Source: a virus
Strand: one strand, 5' to 3'
Length of the DNA stretch: 64,000 nucleotides
IMG/VR virus record: IMGVR_UViG_3300017917_003732
Coordinates: 22,996 to 86,995 of that record
The notes below the pieces were generated by a model, which saw nothing but the letters and a program-made list of their open reading frames with translations, did no database searches and was not told the DNA's origin. Shown here piece after piece: positions 59,725 to 64,000 of this stretch. How positions within the stretch are numbered: the first letter of the stretch is position 1; each line of letters opens with the position of its first letter. Both the position numbers and the translations under genes were made by a program.

Positions 59725-60294
59725 TCAAACAATCTTGCCGGTACCCACCCCACCAGAAGAAACTGGAGAGCCAGAACCTACGATAGGAATGGGAAAGACA
59801 AGAGCTTGTAAAGTCATCATCAAAGCCGTAGAAATAGCCTGTGCCTTCAACGCTGCTCCCTGACCTGTAATACCCACGCTACCGAAACCCTGAATCAAAG
59901 ATGGAAAAGCTGGAGGTCCTATGACACGGCCGACCCCTACTCCTGTCCCTACTGTAGGATGTATCGTTTTTAGTAAGCCTTGCATCAAACCGAGTGAGAG
60001 GCCGTTCGCAAGCCCGGTAGCCTCCAGGGGCGCCATCGGCCCAAATATTCCGGTTGAACCATAGGACCCCAGCAAATTAACCAGAAGAAGTGGCTGAGGG
60101 ATTAAAAACGGAAGTTGTCCACTGCCTACGCCGAGAACCCCGGCATCAACCGTCGAAACGGTTTGTTGTTGCGCCCAAAGACAAATACCACTTGCAATTC
60201 CAGAGGCCATCTGGGGCACCGCAGACCCAAGCATCCCACAGGAAACTAAGCCCGTCGTAATCACCACTGTAAATGCAGGGGCCACCAAAGGCAT
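59725..60294 (-). CDS. Gly/Ala-rich hydrophobic protein (189 aa) downstream of spike
   Basis: Start reassigned to MPLVAP (ATG 60294, purine-rich SD); three internal repeats; very few charged residues. Confidence 0.65.
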   Translation of the reverse strand: MPLVAPAFTVVITTGLVSCGMLGSAVPQMASGIASGICLWAQQQTVSTVDAGVLGVGSGQLPFLIPQPLLLVNLLGSYGSTGIFGPMAPLEATGLANGLSLGLMQGLLKTIHPTVGTGVGVGRVIGPPAFPSLIQGFGSVGITGQGAALKAQAISTALMMTLQALVFPIPIVGSGSPVSSGGVGTGKIV

Positions 60295-60311
60295 CTCCAG
60301 CTTCCTCCTCC

Positions 60312-62498
60312 CTAAATGCTCCGAACCATCGCGGATCCCTGCAACGGGAGGCCGGTGAGCCAATCCAACGACGGGGACCCTGGAGGGTGCATGGGAGATC
60401 CTCGGGCCACCCCAAGGATGGCTGGAGGACCCCCCAGAAGAATCTGTGGCGCCACGATCGAAACCAAAGTTGCCGCTGTGAGAGTCATACCAAGTCCTGC
60501 CGTAATCGCAATTACACCCCCTCCAGCGGTCAATGACAAAGCGCCGGCGCCGGTCGAAACGGTAACAGCTCCTGCACCAGTGGTTAAGGACAGCGCGCCG
60601 GTCCCCACCGTGACAGCGTAAGCCCCTGCTGGGCAGTTGACCGCTACAGCCCCAGCCGCAACCGTCGTGGTCTTAGCTCCAGCCAAAATATTTTCTATGT
60701 GCCCACCCGCCAAAATAGTGCAGAGCTTTCCGCCAAGCGCCACCGTCTCTTGGTAGAGCAGGGCGTAATAATTCTGGGTTTTCCCAGAAACTAGAGTATT
60801 CCACCCACCAAAGTTACCTGAAAATCCGTTCAATCCATTCAAGGCGACTGAACTAGCCTTGACCGTATAGCCCCCATCCACAGTTTTCTGGTACGAGCCC
60901 TTCACCGTCTGGGTATCGGTACCACCTACGTGTGTCTCAGTATTTCCCTGAACATCGATACTATGGGCCACATCATCAACTGAATTAGACCCTCCTTGGT
61001 AGATGTTCTTGATCGCGCCCCGGAAATTCGTGGTGACACATTCCCCATTGGCATTAGCACCAATATCGAGGAATACCCCTCCATCACAAGTAAGATGGAG
61101 AGAATAACGATCTGGAGTCATGGCGCCCAAAAACATCTTAAGGGCACCTTCCATATTGACCTCAGCTGAGACATTTTTCGCCTGATAGTTCTCGTTCGAG
61201 CTCCCGGGAATGTTGACAAACAGTTTTCCCTGTTTCGATACCGATACCCCATATGTATTCTTAGAAGCCGACCTAGGAGGCGAAATTCGAAAGAAATAGG
61301 CCGCCGCCATTGTCGTGGCTTCATCTACAGCCGTTGCGGGAGGGCGAAGACACTCCTCTAGGGTAAGCCCATTTCCGGCCGAAGAAGTCTGATCAAAATC
61401 CTCAAAAAGCTTGGGCTTAAGTACCCTCCCATACTGACGTTGACCAAGAGTCGAAAAAGGATCATTTCCGACGTAAGTTCCGAATACATGCTCAATGTAT
61501 GCCCTCGGGCGATCTACTCCGAAACCATCAATCTCCTCTAGGACTTCCTGCTCCATATCCGTCTCGTGACGGATTTCCATACGACGCTCAGTGTATGCAC
61601 GAAGAGAGCCCCCATTGAGAGCGTCCTCAAAGTTAGTAGCTGGGTTAGAGCTAGGGTAGAAAACTTGGCGTCCGTTAGAGTAGACGACAGGTGGGAATTC
61701 TTCGTTACTGTTTATTCGGTCAAGACATTCAAATGTAGAAGGACTAATGAAGGTACTGCCATTAACACCCGTAGTTGAGAGGTCATCCCGTCCAAAATAA
61801 CGAACATCCGGCCCACGCACTTTTTTGGTGGCTGTACCGCTCTTAGGGTCAACCACAAAAATCTCAACAGGAAGGTTCATCGCCCCACGACGAATGGGAC
61901 CTGAATAGAGGTAACAACCTGCATCGGACTCAACCCGATGAATGGTTTGCGTCACCAGGGTTCGGTCTACATCCCGAAGCTCGAATAGGTCTCCTGCGCG
62001 GTTGGTAAATCGAACATCTTTGGAGAGAAGCATCTCAGACCCGGAAGAAGACATTCCGAAGATATCACCTTGCTTACCCTTGATACGCTTATATCGGATC
62101 GTCTTTCCAAGCAGCTTCTGCGCATCCTCTTGATCTTCAGGAGTCACTTCCCCAGGGGGGACCGCCGCGAAAGGATCGAACTTCAACCCAAGTCCACTAC
62201 CCATTGGGATATAACCAAGTATCACAGCGTCAGCGATCTGCTTGCTTCTCTTACGGTAGCCAATAACAACCATCGAGCCGACCTCTGGGATACCCCCGAG
62301 GAAACTCCTAGGTCCCGCCATAGCGGAAGTGAGATCCAACTCAAAACGGTTTTCCTGCCCCGTGATCACCTTCACATCGGCTTTGAGGTGATGCTCATCG
62401 ACCCGAGTAATAATCCCAACTCGAAGACCTTCGAAGGGATTATCATTACTCGCGAAGTCTTTATTGGGTACTTGCCCGGGAAGGAATTTACGGGCCAT
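60312..62498 (-). CDS. Central baseplate spike, gp5/gpV/VgrG-like
   Basis: N-terminal OB-fold (VGIITRVD...GIPEVGSMVVIGY); C-terminal beta-helix repeats (VQGNTETHVGGTDTQTVKGSYQKTVDG; GALSLTTGAGAVTVSTGAG). Confidence 0.8.
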   Translation of the reverse strand: MARKFLPGQVPNKDFASNDNPFEGLRVGIITRVDEHHLKADVKVITGQENRFELDLTSAMAGPRSFLGGIPEVGSMVVIGYRKRSKQIADAVILGYIPMGSGLGLKFDPFAAVPPGEVTPEDQEDAQKLLGKTIRYKRIKGKQGDIFGMSSSGSEMLLSKDVRFTNRAGDLFELRDVDRTLVTQTIHRVESDAGCYLYSGPIRRGAMNLPVEIFVVDPKSGTATKKVRGPDVRYFGRDDLSTTGVNGSTFISPSTFECLDRINSNEEFPPVVYSNGRQVFYPSSNPATNFEDALNGGSLRAYTERRMEIRHETDMEQEVLEEIDGFGVDRPRAYIEHVFGTYVGNDPFSTLGQRQYGRVLKPKLFEDFDQTSSAGNGLTLEECLRPPATAVDEATTMAAAYFFRISPPRSASKNTYGVSVSKQGKLFVNIPGSSNENYQAKNVSAEVNMEGALKMFLGAMTPDRYSLHLTCDGGVFLDIGANANGECVTTNFRGAIKNIYQGGSNSVDDVAHSIDVQGNTETHVGGTDTQTVKGSYQKTVDGGYTVKASSVALNGLNGFSGNFGGWNTLVSGKTQNYYALLYQETVALGGKLCTILAGGHIENILAGAKTTTVAAGAVAVNCPAGAYAVTVGTGALSLTTGAGAVTVSTGAGALSLTAGGGVIAITAGLGMTLTAATLVSIVAPQILLGGPPAILGVARGSPMHPPGSPSLDWLTGLPLQGSAMVRSI

Positions 62499-62501
62499 TC
62501 A

Positions 62502-63998
62502 TCATCCGAGCAGTGCTAGCTCGGCCTCCTTGTTGATCACCTGCTGCTTTGCTTCGTTGATCTGATTCTGAAGATCCCCGGGATCTTCACCTATAGAAAT
62601 AGTGACAGAGCCGGACTTTGTAATGTCCTCTAATCGCGTTTCCAGCCGATGGATCTTCATATTTAGATCGTTAATCTCCTGACGAAGCTTGGCCTTATTT
62701 TCGTTTTTCTTTAGGTTGGCACTATAATCTGAAAAGCTCTTTTTCAGGTCCCCCTTAGCGGAGTTCACTTGTTGAGCAGCTGCGATCGGATCTCCAAGGC
62801 TAGCTCTATTTGGAGAACTAAAGGGAGGTGTAAAGTTTCCCTGCCCGAATGCTTCAGCCCCAGAGAAAAGATCTGGGATTTGCCGATCTCCAGACTCAGA
62901 TCCTGAAGGATTCCCCCTAAGAGCGTTCTCATAATCCTGATGTGGAGTATCAAGCGCTTGATAGAGCGTTCGAAGATATTCTTCCACTCGCTGAATAACC
63001 TCCCTAGCCTTTAACGTAGCGGGCTTAACCGGCACCTCAAGAGTTGAAGACCCACCGGATTCAGAGGATCTGTATCCGAAAACAGTGGAAGAACCATCTG
63101 ACTTTATCGCGCCAGCAAGTGTCTGACCAAAAATAGAATCCGGAGCAGGAGCTGAGGAATTGATCGTCTTGACTTGATACCCAACATTGATGAAAGCCAA
63201 GTCAGCTCGCATAGACTGACAAGGACAGTCAGCCTCACCAGGAACCAAATCCCCCCTAGGACTCATTTCAGCTAAAGTAAGGGCCCGTGAAAGTTGACTG
63301 GCCTCCACGCTAGAAGGAACACCATTCGCCTCAGGGGACCCGAGGGGGGCAGAATTGACAAAGTTCTCGCCCGTATTCTTAAATTGGTAACTCTTCTCTC
63401 CACCAGACTCAGTAGTCCAAGTCCCAGCCGTCTGAAGATCCTCAGGAAGCATCCTAGAAACCGCATCGGCTGGGTTTGCGTATGCGGTAACAACTGAAGT
63501 GAGACCTTGACTTTGAGCGGTCAGCGTAGCAAACAAATCCCCACCTAAAGCAAGCTGGGTCCCCACTTCGGCTTTTTGGTTGACCTGCCCCTCGTTATAG
63601 ACCAAAGAACCATCTCGTAATGCTACCCCACGCCCGTACCGAAAATGACCGATAACCTCAAATCCTCGTTCATCTGAAACTGGTCGGATCATCGAACTAG
63701 GATTCTCTAGTTTGATCCCCTCATCAGTAAATGGACTCTCTCCCTTGGTAACTGTGACATTCCTCGAAGGAATAACGGAAAGTTGAGTAATTGACTTATC
63801 AACGTCATGCGCGTAAACATATACCCCAGCAGAATTGAGCCCGTACGAATAACGATTGTGGGCATACCTGTTCTGGAGTTCAACAGTCCGGTCAAACGCC
63901 GAAGAAGCCTTCACTTCTTCTTGCACCTTCTTTTGCCGTTCCTCGACCTGTTGCTTATTGGCCTTATTTACATACTTGTTCTGCCCTGGCTGCTTCTC
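62502..63998 (-). CDS. C-terminal part of a large structural protein (possibly baseplate hub region); start lies outside the window
   Basis: The frame is open from 63926 to the right edge; C-terminal coiled coil; directly upstream of the spike. Confidence 0.6.
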   Translation of the reverse strand, partial: EKQPGQNKYVNKANKQQVEERQKKVQEEVKASSAFDRTVELQNRYAHNRYSYGLNSAGVYVYAHDVDKSITQLSVIPSRNVTVTKGESPFTDEGIKLENPSSMIRPVSDERGFEVIGHFRYGRGVALRDGSLVYNEGQVNQKAEVGTQLALGGDLFATLTAQSQGLTSVVTAYANPADAVSRMLPEDLQTAGTWTTESGGEKSYQFKNTGENFVNSAPLGSPEANGVPSSVEASQLSRALTLAEMSPRGDLVPGEADCPCQSMRADLAFINVGYQVKTINSSAPAPDSIFGQTLAGAIKSDGSSTVFGYRSSESGGSSTLEVPVKPATLKAREVIQRVEEYLRTLYQALDTPHQDYENALRGNPSGSESGDRQIPDLFSGAEAFGQGNFTPPFSSPNRASLGDPIAAAQQVNSAKGDLKKSFSDYSANLKKNENKAKLRQEINDLNMKIHRLETRLEDITKSGSVTISIGEDPGDLQNQINEAKQQVINKEAELALLG

Positions 63999-64000
63999 AC

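Noticed and set aside
60480-60680. GC-rich quasi-repeat in the spike gene as a DNA repeat element
   Set aside because: Explained by Gly/Ala/Thr beta-helix coding repeats.
44264-62498. Extracellular contractile injection system or T6SS locus
   Set aside because: It is contiguous and co-oriented with phage-type PolA, DnaB, primase finger and a holin-like gene, and has no T6SS membrane-complex genes.
308-63497. All plus-strand ORFs and short out-of-frame minus-strand ORFs in the track
   Set aside because: They lie antisense to or inside long, motif-supported minus-strand genes that already tile the window, and none shows recognisable motifs.
1-64000. CRISPR arrays, tRNA/rRNA genes, IS elements
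   Set aside because: No spaced repeats, cloverleaf or transposase motifs seen by eye, and all intergenic gaps are under about 90 nt.

Overview
The window is a gene-dense segment of a large tailed (myovirus-like) bacteriophage genome. All credible genes are on the minus strand, and the plus-strand ORFs are shadows. In transcription order (right to left) it holds three blocks. (1) A contractile-tail baseplate block: partial hub-region gene, gp5/VgrG-like spike, gp25-like, baseplate J-like and wedge genes. It is followed by about 34 kb of very large modular tail/fibre genes, including two collar-like paralogs, two long paralogs of 881 and 1541 aa, 2620- and 1891-aa mosaic proteins, and a tandem array of four ~400-aa paralogs. 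(2) A putative lysis/membrane block: holin-like, J-domain, single-TM and secreted beta-strand-rich proteins. (3) A replication block: SNF2 helicase, degenerate DnaC-like protein, DnaB, stand-alone primase zinc finger and a family A DNA polymerase. The ORF track missed the polymerase; it carries an intein in motif B and runs off the left edge. The most unusual signal is non-coding. A motif GWWNNWY-TTAT recurs in four of the longer intergenic gaps, each at the head of a module, and each is associated with a G-U-containing mRNA hairpin covering the downstream Shine-Dalgarno site. This suggests a coupled late-promoter/translational switch. No CRISPR array, tRNA, rRNA, transposase or reverse transcriptase was seen. 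All calls come from manual motif reading; no databases or folding software were run.
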